Below are positions 1 to 12,876 of a stretch of 64,000 nt of DNA, one piece after another. Origin of the DNA: Chiloscyllium plagiosum. Taxonomy: Eukaryota. Location of the stretch: positions 15,466,710 through 15,530,709 of the forward strand of contig NC_057736.1 of the NCBI RefSeq assembly GCF_004010195.1, in the 5' to 3' direction. Numbering within the stretch: the stretch's first letter is position 1; each line of letters starts with the position of its first letter. A model generated the notes under the pieces. That model worked only from the letters and a program-made list of their open reading frames with translations. It searched no databases and was not told the DNA's origin. Made by a program: the position numbers and the translations under genes.

Positions 1-2034
1 CGCCCAACCTGCTCCCAACCCCATGCAACGCCACCCCCTGCCCCCAATCCCATCCAACACCACCCCCCCCAACCCCATAGGCACTTGTCCCATCTCCGGG
101 GAAACTGGACTGGACACCAACAACAGGACTGCTGCAGTAGCCTTTGTGGGGTAAGTCTCCAAATAGCACACACACACAACATTTTACTGCAACGTTTTGA
201 CTGGTTCCACCTCTGCCCTGTAAAGGACAATGTTGGAGAGATTATCTGGGAAGGGAGGTGGGGTAGAACTCCAGGGAAAGTGTGGGGGGAGAGAGAGGCC
301 AGGAGGTCAGTCATTTGGAGACGGTGCCTATTTAATTATTGTAAACAAAAGATGCGATCATTGTTGGAAACACGTCTTTGATGTAATGTTTCCATCGGGA
401 CCTCAAGATCTCCTTTGGATAACCAATTTTCAGATAATTGGTATTCGGATAAGTGAGTTTCCTCTGAATTTACTTTCTCCCACTCTAATGGGACCATCCT
501 TGAATCAATGTTTTGGAAAATTAAAACAATGCACCAACTATTACACTAGCCACTTCTTTAAAGACTCTGAGATGATGTCCATCTGGACCTGGGTACTTGT
601 CGGCCCATAGCTCCAACAATTTACTCAACTCCACTTCTCTAGTAGTTGAGATTTTCTTGAGCTCCTGGCTCCCTTCAATTTCCAGGTTTGTTGCTGCTTC
701 TGGGATGTTAATTGATCATCTGTAGTGAAGACAAATGCAAAATACCTGCTCAATTCATTTGTCATTTACTTTCTTTCCATTATTAATTCTCCAGTCTCAT
801 TTCCTATAGGATCAGAGCTCACTTTTTAAAAAGTCTTATATTTCTATAATATTTAAGAAGCTCTTACTGTCTGATTTTATATTACTGACAAGCTTTATCT
901 CATATTCTAATATTTCCCTTCTTATGAATTTTTTTTATCACTGCTTGCTGTTTTTTGTTCTCTGATCAATTTTCTGACCTGCCACTTGTCTTAGCACAAA
1001 TACATGTCTTTTAAGTTTGATTTTATCTTTGTGTTTTCTTGTTAACCACAGATGATTAATCTAATCTGCTTCATTCTTTCATGATTTTGAACAAAACATC
1101 AAAACTCAATTCAATTATCTCTTCACTAAAGACAGCATTTCAAGTTCTCTAAACCATCCACATAAAAAGTACCCTCATCACTGAAACCACTCTCATAAAC
1201 CTTTTGTGTACCCTCTATTACCTTCTCATCCTTCCTAAAATGCAACACTCAGAATTGGACAAAATGCTCCAGCTGAGGCTTAACCACTGAATTAGAAAAC
1301 CTCATTGCAACTTCCTTCTGTTGTACTCGATGTGTTAACTTTTTAACTGCCTTTTCCACCTGCTGTGCCTTTCAACAATTTGTGCACATACGCCCCTCTT
1401 GATCTCTCTGTTCCTGCACCCTTTTTGGAATTGCATCCTTTAATTTATATTATCTCTCCTCATGCTGCATATCAAAACATATCACTTTGCACTTCACTGC
1501 ATTCTCATTAGCCACTTGTCCGCTCACATCAACATCTCCTTGAAGTCCATCAGTCTCCTCCTCACAGATCACAATACGTGCAAGTTTTGAGTCATCTGTA
1601 AATTGTGGCAATACAATACACACAAGCCTTTGCCATTTACATTTGTCAACAAAATCAGTGAGTTCAACACAAAGCCGTCAGGGGTCTCATCGTACAGCTT
1701 CCTCCAGCCTGAAAAAATATTTGTTCAGCGTTATCCTCTGGTTCCCATCTTTCAGATAACTTTATATCCATGCTGTCACTGTTCCTTTTACTCAATTCAT
1801 TTTGACATTGCTGACAAGTCCTTTACGTGGAACTTTATTAAAATGTCTTTTGGAAGTCAATGTACATGATATCAGCCACATCACCATCATTAACATCTCA
1901 GATAGCTCATCAAAAACTCACTCAAATTAATCGAACATGATGTGTATTTAACAAATCTGTACTGTTTCCCCCTTGAACTCCACTCATATTTTTTTTAATG
2001 TCCACACTGCCTTAACAGGATTTGCTTGTTAATA

Positions 2035-2171
2035 GGCCTGTGCCTATTGAAGAAGGGCCTGTGCCCGAAACGTCGAATCTCCTGTTCCCTGGATGCTGCC
2101 TGACCTGCTGTGCTGTTCCAGCAATAAAGTTTCAACTTTGATCTCCAGCATCTGCAGACCTCACTTTCTCC
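2035..2171 (+). mobile_element. Short PLE-derived repeat with hammerhead-like core
   Basis: tgaaga-a-gggc-ctgt-gccc-gaaacgtc core; 13-bp direct repeat ttgcttgttaata at 2022-2034 and 2172-2184 (TSD). Confidence 0.7.
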
Positions 2172-3885
2172 TTGCTTGTTAATACGCTTGGCCATATCGG
2201 TGTTTTCCAGGTGGTGGCAAACATATATATATATATATATATAGTCTCGACACACAAGTATATTTTTTCTTCTTGCTATATATTAAAACAAATATGATAT
2301 ATATTATATACATATGTACATGAAACCATGGATGATTTGTGGGAAAAGAAAGAAAACAAAGGGCACTATTGTGACTTAAAAAGGGAGAAAGAAACTAAAG
2401 CAGGGCCCTTGGGGTAGTGTCCCCACTCCTGGACTAGGAGACCTGGATTCAAGTTCCACCTGCTCCAAAAAAAAGAAATGATTCACAAAGGTCTTGTGGT
2501 GCACTGGTAGTGCCCCTATCCCCGGACCAGGAAGCTGGAGTCCAAATCGCACCTGCTCCAGAGGTGTGTGATGGCATTGCTGATTAGAAAAATAAGTTCA
2601 ATTAAAATAAATTAAGAAACTAACCAAATATCTGTTCTGGCTGAATAAACCCACAATGTTTATTTGGCCCAAGGTTATCATTTCTAAAGGTTTTTGCACC
2701 ACCAATATTCAAATGAGTAGCCTGTAGCAGGGGGAGGGACAGGAATCACAGGACCTAGTCCTGCTCCTGGCCTGGACTTCCAGCCCTGGGCCCTGACCTT
2801 CAGATTCTGGAGCTATCCTGACACCTTTTTTGTATAACAAGTATGCAAGATTTGCAGTACTCCAGTCCTCTGACACCACCTACTGTATCTAAAAAGAAAT
2901 GGAAGATTATGGCCCTTCCTCCACAATTGCCACCTTAGTTCCCTCATTCAATCTGCTCCTTTGAACTTATAGATATTTTAATTAACCTCTTCAAAAAATG
3001 TCATGACATATCCCTGGAGCAGGTAGAACTTGGACCTAGATCTTCTGGTTCACGGGTAAGGACACTACCACTGTGCCACAAATTTCCACCACCACCTCTC
3101 TCCCGACCCCTTACTTTCTGACTTGGAGGCTGCAACTATAATCAGCCTTCACATATCTCACCGTGATCAATATTTAACTTGCCTGGCATCTCAACAACAT
3201 TTTCATTCACTGTGACCTGCAGCAGCTGCTCAATAAGGTATTGTGCAGCGTCCTCAAAAAGCACTAAGAGGTATTTTAATTGTCAATCTGTTTTTTACTG
3301 AGCCTCCAGGTATCCTTTGCAATATTCTAACTCCTTTATCAACATGGAGATTTACATTACGTTGGTACTTCTGCTTGTGCCTCCTTGCAAAATCTTTAAT
3401 GTCAGTGAAAATCACTAACCTTATGCCTTTAAGTCTGAGGCACATCACCCAAGCATCTCGTGTTTGATGATTATTTTGTAGTGTGGTTATTTATATGAGT
3501 CCGTTTCAGTGCCTTTAAACCTGGCTAACAGGTGACCAGAGCAGCCGTGAGAGGAACGAACAGTTAACCTGGTGGTTTGGTGGTGTTGGTTGAGGAGAAA
3601 TGTTGACCAGGACATTGGGAGATTTTCCTGCTTTTCCCAGAGTGGCATGAAATATTTGGACATGAACTTCTGACCTATTGAATGCCAGGCACTCCTGGAG
3701 CATCATTTACAGCAATGCAGCACCTCCTTCCGTACTGCACTAGTGTTCTTGGTTAGGTAATATCGCATCCTAAATTATGCAAGTTTTTGATTTGTGTACA
3801 CTTATAAGTCTATACTCATAAATCTACCATGGGCCTATGGAGCCAACTTACTGCTGACTTATGATAAGATCTACAATAAGCTAAT

Positions 3886-4440
3886 GATCACAGAATTAAG
3901 CAGAAGGAGGCCATTTGGCCAATCTGCTTGCACTAGCTCTTCAAGTGAGCTTCAATGCCTATTGCCAGTTTCCTGCTTTCTTCCTATACCCTTGTACACC
4001 AAATCTATCCAAACAATCATCCAAAGTTCTCAACTGAACCTGCCCCCACCACACTTTCAAGCAATGCATTCCATATCCTAACTACTTGCTGTATGAAAAT
4101 GTTTGTTCCCATATCACCCTTGCTCCTTTTGTACATCACTTAAAATCTTTGCCCTCTTCTTCTTGTTTCTTTTGCAAGCAGGAACAGCTTCTTCCTATCT
4201 ATTCTTTCCAGCTGGATTATGATTTTGAAAATGTCCATCAAATCTCCTCTCAGCCTTCTTCTCTTCAAGGTGAACAACGCTAACTTCTTCAATTTATCCT
4301 CAAAGCTGAGGTTTCTCATTCCTGGAACCATTCTTGTAAATTGCTCCCACACTCTCTCCAATATATTCACATTGTTGCTGTATTGTGGAACCCTCAGGAA
4401 TACACAATACTCCAGCTGAGATCTAAGAAATGTGTTACTG
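3886..4440 (-). mobile_element. CR1-type LINE 3' fragment
   Basis: ORF 4140-4451 (LEYCV..LERV..FTRMVPGM..L..RRLRGDL) matches the CR1 ORF2 C-terminus. Confidence 0.8.
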
Positions 4441-4544
4441 TCATTGACCATCGAAAATATTGGTTATAGAGACTGAGTACATCATTGACTCTAGCCTTAT
4501 TCCCAGACTTCAAAAGTTTAAGTTGCTCTGATTTTCCATTGCAG

Positions 4545-5339
4545 GTCAGCTTTGGTGCCTCAAGTGATGAGCTGAGTGACAAAGTGCAATATCCATCATT
4601 TTTCCGGACTATTCCAAGTGATTTGAAACAAGCAGAAGCAATGGTTCTATTGATCCAGAGGTTTGGCTGGAACTGGATCTCAGTTATTGCAAGTGACAAT
4701 CAATATGGACAGAATGGAAAACGGAGGGTGGTAGAGTTAGCTTCTGAGAGACAGATCTGTGTGGCTTTCCAGGGCTTAATCCACGATCCAGGATTAAAGC
4801 AAGAAATCATCAACATGATCACGTACATGAGTCTCAGTGAAGCCAACGTGATCATCCTGTTTGCTAGTCAACTTTATGCCAGAGCATTCTTTCAAGCAGC
4901 AGTTGAGGTAAATGTCACAGGGAAAATCTGGATTTTAAGCGAGTCATCTTTTGGAAATATAACAGCATCAGATATACTGAAAGCTAAAACAACTGGCACA
5001 TTCCTGAGCATTGGTGTCAAGCCGGGTCAAATGCCAGGTTTTGGAGAATTTCTAATTAAATCAATGGCTACCCAAAGTCCAGCAATCAATCAGAAACATT
5101 TAATCTCAGTGAAGGAAACAGAAAACAGTAAAGTGAACAGGCAAGAGAACTGTGCCCAGCTATGCAGTGAGTGTCAATATTTCACTTCTGCCACTGTTCA
5201 GGCCTTGCTAGGATCTTCAGTATGGAGCATCTCGTTTAATGTCTATGCTGCCATGTATGCTGTGGCTCATGCTCTGCATCAAGTCCTGAATTGCCACTCA
5301 GGATCCTGTGACAAGCCTAGAGCATTCTTACAATCTCAG
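4545..5339 (+). CDS. tas1r1: TAS1R-family taste receptor, exon 3 (Venus flytrap domain)
   Basis: Acceptor ttgcag|GTC at 4545, donor CAG|gttagt at 5340; 795 nt, phase 0/0. Translation VSFGASS..YPSFFRTIPSD..FGWNWI..NQYG..ICVAF..KIWILSES..VYAAMYAVAHALHQVLNC is typical of class C/T1R receptors. The symbol means TAS1R1-like; orthology is unproven. Confidence 0.93.
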
Positions 5340-6914
5340 GTTAGTATTTTATGTTAACTAAGTTAAATTACTGTTGAAAAAAAATCCCAGCTCTCTCTGT
5401 CTTTCTCCGTTCACTCATAGAAAGCTCACATCCTGGCTCGGATTTTCATTCTGAGGAATTGTCAACCTCTGTGGCTTCTTTTAAAAAAATCATTATCTTT
5501 ATCTGGGCATCACTTGCAAGACTGGCATTTTATTGTCCATCTCTGATTGTCCTTGAGAAGTTCACGATGCGCCAAATCTTGAATCACTACAATGCTTATG
5601 GTGAAGGTATTCCCATAGTACTATTAGGAAGGAAAATGAATCAAGAGCGAACCTTTCTCCACTATTTGATAATGTGATTAAGAATCGATCATAAGTTTTT
5701 GGGACTAGATTACATATAAACTGAGATCAGATAAGAAAGGAAGATTTCCTTCTTAAAAGTGTATTCGTTGAGCTGTTTATTATTTTGATCAGTCTGATAG
5801 TAGCACAGTCACTTTCACTGATACCAAAGCTTTACTTTCTGATTTTAAAGTTGAATTGCAATTCATATATTGAAGGTTGGATTTAAACTATCAAATAAAA
5901 GCAAAATATTGCAGATGCAGGAAATCTAAAATAAAAATGCTGAAGAAACTTAACAGGTCTGGCAGCACTTACAGACAGCGAAAAAGAATTAATATTTCAT
6001 GTCCAATTTGACTCTTCTTCAGAATACCTGAGATATGGGATTTGAACTCATGTGCTCTAGATTATTAGTTCAGGGGCATAGCCACTACACTCTCAAGTGT
6101 CAGACTGTGAGTCTGAAAAGTGTGTGTCAACAGGATGTCTTCTAATGGAGCCAGTTATGAAATCATACTCACTCCAACTGGAATCACTGGTCAGTAATCG
6201 CTTGCTCAACTCTGTTTGGATTGGTGAACACAAATCAGTTACTAACATTAAAATTTTGTCATGCAAGTCACTATTTTCAAAATTAAATCACCAATTGTGA
6301 AAGAGATTTGGGCTCTAGACACACAAACGTGTGTATGACTGAAGACACAGATATACATCAGCACATTTCTGTCTAGGCATGACACATACAGACATATATA
6401 TGTGTTTGAGCACACAGTGAGACACATGGATGTTTGCACATGGACATAAAGACATTTTCACATACATAGACAGATATATGTGTACAAACATGCACAGGCC
6501 GGCAACCAATCGCATATGCTGTGATAATATTCTTATTATCTCTTTCTTGCCCCTCTTTTTCTTTGCTTCTCCAAAGAGTTTAAAATGACTGGGGAGGAAT
6601 GCATGGTAAGGGTGAAAGTGGAATGAAAAAGTATTTAGCTCTGATGATATAATAAGTGTGGGATAGGGCTTGATGGAATAACTGCTTGTTTCCTGCCTAT
6701 TAATTTTGTACTTTTGCATGTAAGTACTCATGTAGACACATAACGTGTACACAGACACATCAGTACAGGTGGATATACATAAGCTGCCATCCATTCACAC
6801 ACACACACACATGGATTCAGCAGAGTCCTGGAGATAATCCTCTACTCATTAGTTGGTGCCTGGCTGGTGGAGAGGATGAGGTTTGTCTCACTAACAATTC
6901 CACTTTTCTTTCAG

Positions 6915-7127
6915 TTGCTGGAGGGATTGAAAAAAGTAAATTTCACTCTGCACAATAACCTGATATATTTTGATGAAAACGGAAACCCTCCAATGGGCTA
7001 TGAAATCATTGCGTGGGACACACAAAATGAAAGCAGCCCCATGAAAGTGATTGGATCCTACAGACCCAACCCAGGTCGACTGATCATCAATGAATCTCTA
7101 ATCAAATGGAATTCTCCAACAGGTTTG
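6915..7127 (+). CDS. tas1r1: TAS1R-family taste receptor, exon 4
   Basis: Acceptor ttctttcag|TTG, donor TTG|gtaaag; 213 nt. Encodes LLEGLKKVNFTL..IYFDENGNPPMGYEIIAWD..VIGSY..LIINESLIKW. Confidence 0.92.
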
Positions 7128-8335
7128 GTAAAGTATCCCTTTAGTTATGGAGTTCTTAAAATTTAGAGAGCATAATCTTTCATCTCTAACCCCAAAACAT
7201 AAGCATGGATTCTGCAGTTCACAAATATTAACTTCAGTTTACATTTTTTTTCTTATTGCCAATTATCAGTCCAGTCTCTATTTGCTTCTCTTCCCGTACA
7301 GTAATGGGTAACGATGCTTCTCCTCCAACTCCGATATCGCAGTATCTATCTATCCAGGCTCATTAATGTAATAAAAACTTCGTAGCAACATTCAGAGCGG
7401 GTAATAAACATCAATCAGGAAATGGGAGAACTGCTCCTCAAGGCCAGATAATGTTGAACAAACTGTTGTGGGCAGAAAGCTGTCACAGTAAATGCTGAAG
7501 AGGATGGAGAGAACATCATAAACACAAGCCAGAAGAGAAACTGGGGGTTGCAGGGAATGAGAGGACTGAAGGGGACTGTTGAGGGGATTAGTGAGCATTA
7601 TGGTTTGAAGATTAATCTTCAAGGCTTTTCTGCAATCATCCCTGAAGGAAATCCATGGTAACAAAAAAACTTTACGTGTAATTTGTTTTCTTTTTATTTG
7701 GCCATTTTTGCTTATTCATTACAAAAACATGTGGCTGGGTAAAATGTCTGACAATCAAGAATCTTTCAAATGGGTAATGAACAGAACAAACCAGTACAGG
7801 CCCTTTGACCCTTGATGTTGTGCTGACCTTTTATCCTACTCTAAGATCAAACTAACCTACATACCCTACATTTTGCTATCATTAGTAGTGATGTGTGTTT
7901 TTTTTTGTTTACTTTGTTCATTGGTTGTGGGCATCACTCCAAGGTCAGAATTAATTGCCCATCTCTAAATGTCCATGAAGAGGTGGTGGTAACCCACCTT
8001 CTTGAACCATTGTGCTCTATAGGATGTACGATTTTACTTCTTGTTGTGAGGATGAACATGTGGGATGGCCAGTACTGTGAGTCCTGGGCCAGTGCTTTTG
8101 ACAGCAAGGAGATCATCTGATAAAGCCTCCAGGAAAACGACCAGCCAGAGTAGGCCAGACAGCAAATCGTCAGCTGGCAGAGTGCATACTGTATCCTTCC
8201 TCCTCAATTGGTGTTAAAAACAAATTGGCAGTGAATGAAGGAATAAGCATTGAACTGAATCCTAACTTCTTGTGAGGTGATGGTGAAATAAGACAGATTG
8301 CCAAGCTATGTATATCTGTTAATTTGTTTACACAG

Positions 8336-8456
8336 GTCCCGATGTCAAATTGCTCCAGGGAATGTGATCCAGGCCAGTGGAAAAAACGGGACACCTTTCA
8401 CAGTTGCTGCTTTGTCTGCATAGATTGTCCTGCAGGAACCTTTGAAATCAATGATG
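8336..8456 (+). CDS. tas1r1: TAS1R-family taste receptor, exon 5 (cysteine-rich domain)
   Basis: Acceptor acacag|GTC, donor G|gtgagt; 121 nt, ending in phase 1. Encodes VPMSNCSRECDPGQ..HSCCFVCIDCPAGTF. Confidence 0.93.
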
Positions 8457-9309
8457 GTGAGTCCAACTCCACAATTCTACTGAGACCTGCAGAAGCTTTA
8501 GAAAAGGGCATGCCTTCATGAAGTAACAGTGCAATGGTAAAATGTATTAGAGGTGCAGAGCTAAAAGGAAGAACCACAGCAGTCACTTGTGGTGACTCTA
8601 CAAAGTTGGCTGAATCAGTTTGGCTCTGCTGAGATACTCTCACTTTAGTCAGAAAATCGTAACACAGAAAAGATGAATAGCTGTGCTGTCAGAGATACCT
8701 CTTCCTAGTGAGATGTTAAACCATCCAATTAATCCTAACATTTGGGTGACTGTTAAAGATCCAAAGGCATTTTTTAAAGAAAAACAGAATTCCCCATATT
8801 ATGGCAACATACCAGGAAGATCCCAAGATTTATTCCCAAGCTTTGCTGAGTGGCTGATTTCAGATATTTGGCAGCACTGTTGATGGTGTAATGCTGTTTG
8901 GGGGAGTATGTGTCCTGACTCCTGGTTGCCGCCCACTAACCCTCAATGGGAATATAACCTTATGTGGGCTGGTAAGAGTTGACTTCCTTTACCCAGTCTC
9001 AACATTATGTTCATGTCAAAGAATCGCCAACCAAATTTGTTACTGGAGACTGCATCCCAACACAAGTCGTACTCTAGGGTTCTACCTGAACTTGCCTTTG
9101 TTGTAGGGCTACACTCCAACAGGGGTCGCTACGGTAAGGCTCCATCAAAAACGTATCCGTGTATTAGGGCTGCATCCACAAAGTCCTCATACTTTAGGGC
9201 TGTATCCCAACATGTGTCCAGGATGGACAATGTGGACAGGCTGTGGAAAAACAGAAAAACAGCAGAAATAATGAAAACACGCCATCAATCAATCCCATAT
9301 TTGCAGTCT

Positions 9310-10090
9310 GTGTAATAGTTTTTGAAGAATCTTTAGATTTTGGAAAAGTCCCAGAAGATTAAAAAAACTACCAATCTAATACCCTTGCTCAAAATGTGAG
9401 AGTGACACAAAAAGGGGCAACTGGTTAGCTTAACGTCTGTCATTGGGAAAACATTTGAGTCTATTATGTTCTGCTGGTGCCCTTTTGTCTATCCTGTTTA
9501 TTAGCTCCTCAAAGAATTTTGGTAAACTTGTCAGGGACAATTTCCCCTTCCTGAAGCCATGCTGGCCCTGCCTGATTATGTTATGTATTTTTAAATGCTT
9601 TGCTCTTACATCGTTTATAATAGACTCTAACATTTTCCCGGTAACAGATGTTAAGCTAACTGCCCTGTTTTTTTGTCCCTTTCCCTTTTTAAATAATTGT
9701 GTTACATTGGCTAAGACAGATTTTTAGTCGCTAAAGGACTTGAAGGTTATGGAGTAAAGGCAGAAAGGTAGAGTTGAGAATGATAAGATCAGTCATGATT
9801 GAATGGTGGAGCAGTCTTAGTTAGCTGAATGACCTACTTCTGCTTCTATGCCTCCTAAAGCGTGTGGTCTTATCAAAGGGTGGGGCACCTATGGAATTCT
9901 CTACCACAGAAGGCTGTGAAGGCAAAGTCACGAATATGTTTCAGAAAGAAATGGATAGACTTCCAGTAAGTACATGTGTCAAGGAGTATGGGAGAATGTG
10001 GGAGTATGGCGTTGCGATAGAGGATCAGCCATGATCTTGTTGAATGGTAGTGCAGGCTTGATGGGCCGAATGGCCTACTTCTCCTTTCTA
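9310..10090. mobile_element. CR1 LINE fragments, partly inverted
   Basis: RT motif MLESII..QHGFRKGK.LT.L..FFEE (9430-9633, -) plus CR1 3' ends on the + strand. Confidence 0.7.
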
Positions 10091-11395
10091 TGCTGCTGTT
10101 TGTTTTATGAGACACCTGCCTGCTCTGCATAACTCCCCCTCCTGGTTGATACTTGTGTTTGTGCTATCATTGAAACCCAAGGCTTCCCCAAGTGGGGTTC
10201 AGGTCACAAGGTAAAATGCTGGGGTCATGAGTCTGAGGTAGCAATTGCTGCCATGGAGTTTTGATACAGTTGTGCCCCTGCTCTAATAGACCTCCATTTT
10301 CACAGCTGCCTCCTCACGATCATTGAGGGATGGCTACAACTTACATGCCTTAAAATGGAGTCTCAGTCAGAAAAGATTTGGCAAGCACAGTTGTATGTCA
10401 TCTGGTATGATTTATGTCAAAGATGTTGGTGTGTATGCCATGGATAGCCTAGGAAATTTGAGTGCCCTTGCAACAGCTGAAGAAATGGGATCAACCAATT
10501 ACAACTTCTCCCATGTGAATGAAATCAAAGGTGCTTGGGAATTCAGACATTTACCCAGACTAATACTCCTTGGTGTTGCATAAGGAAGTTAAGATCCAAA
10601 AGAGTTAACTGATATGATATTAAGCTCCACCCATTAGCAAATAAAGGAGTGTTTCTGGCAGTAACTAACCAGTGTTCACATTGTTCAGTTGTATAGTAGA
10701 ATATTTCAGTAGTAGTAGGGTACATATTCTTAGGTATAGCCTGGGGTCTTAGAAAGGACTGTTATTTTCTCAGATGTAATGTCCTCACTACTAAATACTA
10801 TATAATAAACCTGTTCTGTTTATCAAGATAGAGCCTGCCTCCTGCTGAAGATTGTGTTTGGGCACTCTTCCTCACTTTTTTTAAAATTCATCCACAGGGC
10901 ATGGGTATTGTTGGCCAGACCAGCATTTATTACCTTATTCTAGGTGCCCTTGAAAAGGTGGTGGTGGGCTGTCCTCTTGAACTGCTTGGCATTAGTAATT
11001 CAGCCAAATGCCAATAAGAAGGTTTGGTGGCAGTGAATCCATTCAAGGCATTCCCAGATGATTCCAGCGACATGAGCACAACATACCCCATGCTGACAGA
11101 GGTGGTATCTGAAAACAGCACCTGGGGCAGTCAGTGAACAGCTTACAGTTCAGAAACTACTCAGGCACATGTGATGTTCTGCAAAGTGTGTTTGAAATGA
11201 AATTATATCATTTGAAATAATGACTAATAGCTATATGAAGAAATTAAAGAGACAGATCTGGAAAGTAACTAGCTGCTGGTGCAATGATGGCATTAATTCT
11301 TCTTTCATAAAGCAAGCTTTTATTAAATGTGGTTTATTTCACAGGGAGGGGGCAGCCACTAGTGGACACTCTAACCAGTTGTTGTTGTTTTACAG

Positions 11396-12318
11396 AATGT
11401 GTTAACTGTTCCTTGCAGCAGTGGTCACCAGAGAAGAGTTTGACTTGCTACGATCGGGCTGTGGTTTATCTGCAGTGGGGTAGCAATATTTCCATTGCAT
11501 TGTCAGTGATGGCCAGTGCTGGATTTTTAACAATGGTCGGCATTACTCTTGTCTTTGTCATTCACCTCAACACTCCGGTTGTCAAGGCAGCAGGAGGGAG
11601 GCTATGTTTCCTAATGCTTTTCACCTTGGCTTCTGGTTGCTGCAGTGTGTTCCTCTTCATTGGAAAGCCAAACAATTTCATTTGCAGAGTGAGGTGGCCC
11701 CTCTTTACTGTGAGCTTCACAGTCTGTCTGGCATGTATTTTTGTCAGATCCTTCCAAATAGTCTGTATATTTAAAATGGCCACCAAGTTGCCTAAAGCCT
11801 ATGATTACTGGGTTAAATATAATGGACTGTATGTGTTTGTGTTTGCAAGTACATCCATTTCAGCTATCAACTGTTCTGTATGGATGGTCCAAGAACCAAT
11901 AGTGACAGTGTCTAATTATAACCTTTCTCAAAAGGAAATATTTCTACTCTGCACTACTGACAACGATCTCTCAATTTTCCTGTCGGGCTTTCTGTACAAT
12001 GGGCTGCTGGGTTGCCTCTGTTTTGTCTTTGCTTTCTTGGGAAAAGATTTGCCAAAGAATTACAATGAAGCAAAGTGTATTTCCTTCAGCATGGTACTGT
12101 ACATTGCCTCCTGGTCTTGCTGCATTCTCGTCATTGCCTCTGGCTTCAGGCAGTATCTCCCCTTGGCCCAGGCTCTGGCTGCTCTGCTCAGCTTGTTTGG
12201 AATCCTGGTTGCTTATTTCCTCCCTAAGTGTTACATTATTCTGTTCAAACCTCAGTGCAACACAACTGTATTCTTCCAAAGTTGTATCCAGGATTACACC
12301 AAAAACAGAGCGGCTTAA
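11396..12318 (+). CDS. tas1r1: TAS1R-family taste receptor, exon 6 (end of CRD, 7TM domain, C-tail)
   Basis: Acceptor ttttacag|AA joins exon 5 in frame (G+AA = Glu). Seven hydrophobic segments with HLNTPVVKAAGGRLCFLML, VRSFQIVCIF, GKDLPKNYNEAKCISFS and YFLPKCYIIL..N.T..FQ..IQDYT, which are TAS1R1-like. Stop TAA at 12316-12318. Confidence 0.95.
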
Positions 12319-12876
12319 CAAGACAATGCTGTGGCTTTAAGAGGTGTGTTCTGTTCTTTTTGAAAGAGATTGGAAAACGGGTGTGTCTTGGGTGGTTTTT
12401 TTTAAGTTGGAACAATTGAAGCAGCCTGAGTGGGTGTGGTCAAGCTCTCACAGATCAAGAAGTTTTAGTAAGCTTTCAGCAGTTGTTGTTGTATGCTTGA
12501 AGAAGTGGAAGCTATTTTTCTCCCGCTTGATAAAGGGCCAAAAGCTGAGGGTTCCCTTCCTAGGCTGCTGGATTGCATGTGAATTTGCCTTTTTGCCACA
12601 GGGTGTATTTATGGGATGTCACTATTATGGAAATGGATATTGTATCTATCATTCTGTTAAGTTTTCCAATAAAGATGGTAATCTAAACTCTTCTTTCTTT
12701 GATTGTATTTTAACCATAGTGTTTGAATAAATTGTGTTTTGCTTAACCTGGAGTAGTTTGACAAGTCGAATTGTGTCTGGAACATAGCACTTCATATTTG
12801 CCTTTATAACAAGAAAAAGATAGGGTCAAGGCTACCTTCTTAAAATAATTTGAGGGTGTCTGGCCTGTCCATAACA
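12319..12876 (+). mobile_element. Probable solo LTR immediately after the TAS1R stop codon
   Basis: About 560 nt ending ...GTCCATAACA (LTR-type CA end), with internal AATAAA at 12668 and 12726. No clear 5' TG terminus. Confidence 0.4.

Noticed and set aside
1-4544. TAS1R exons 1-2
   Set aside because: No signal peptide/GLF exon or FAxEEINN..LLP..LGY..D.C motif found; the region is mostly decayed repeats, so these exons are presumably upstream.
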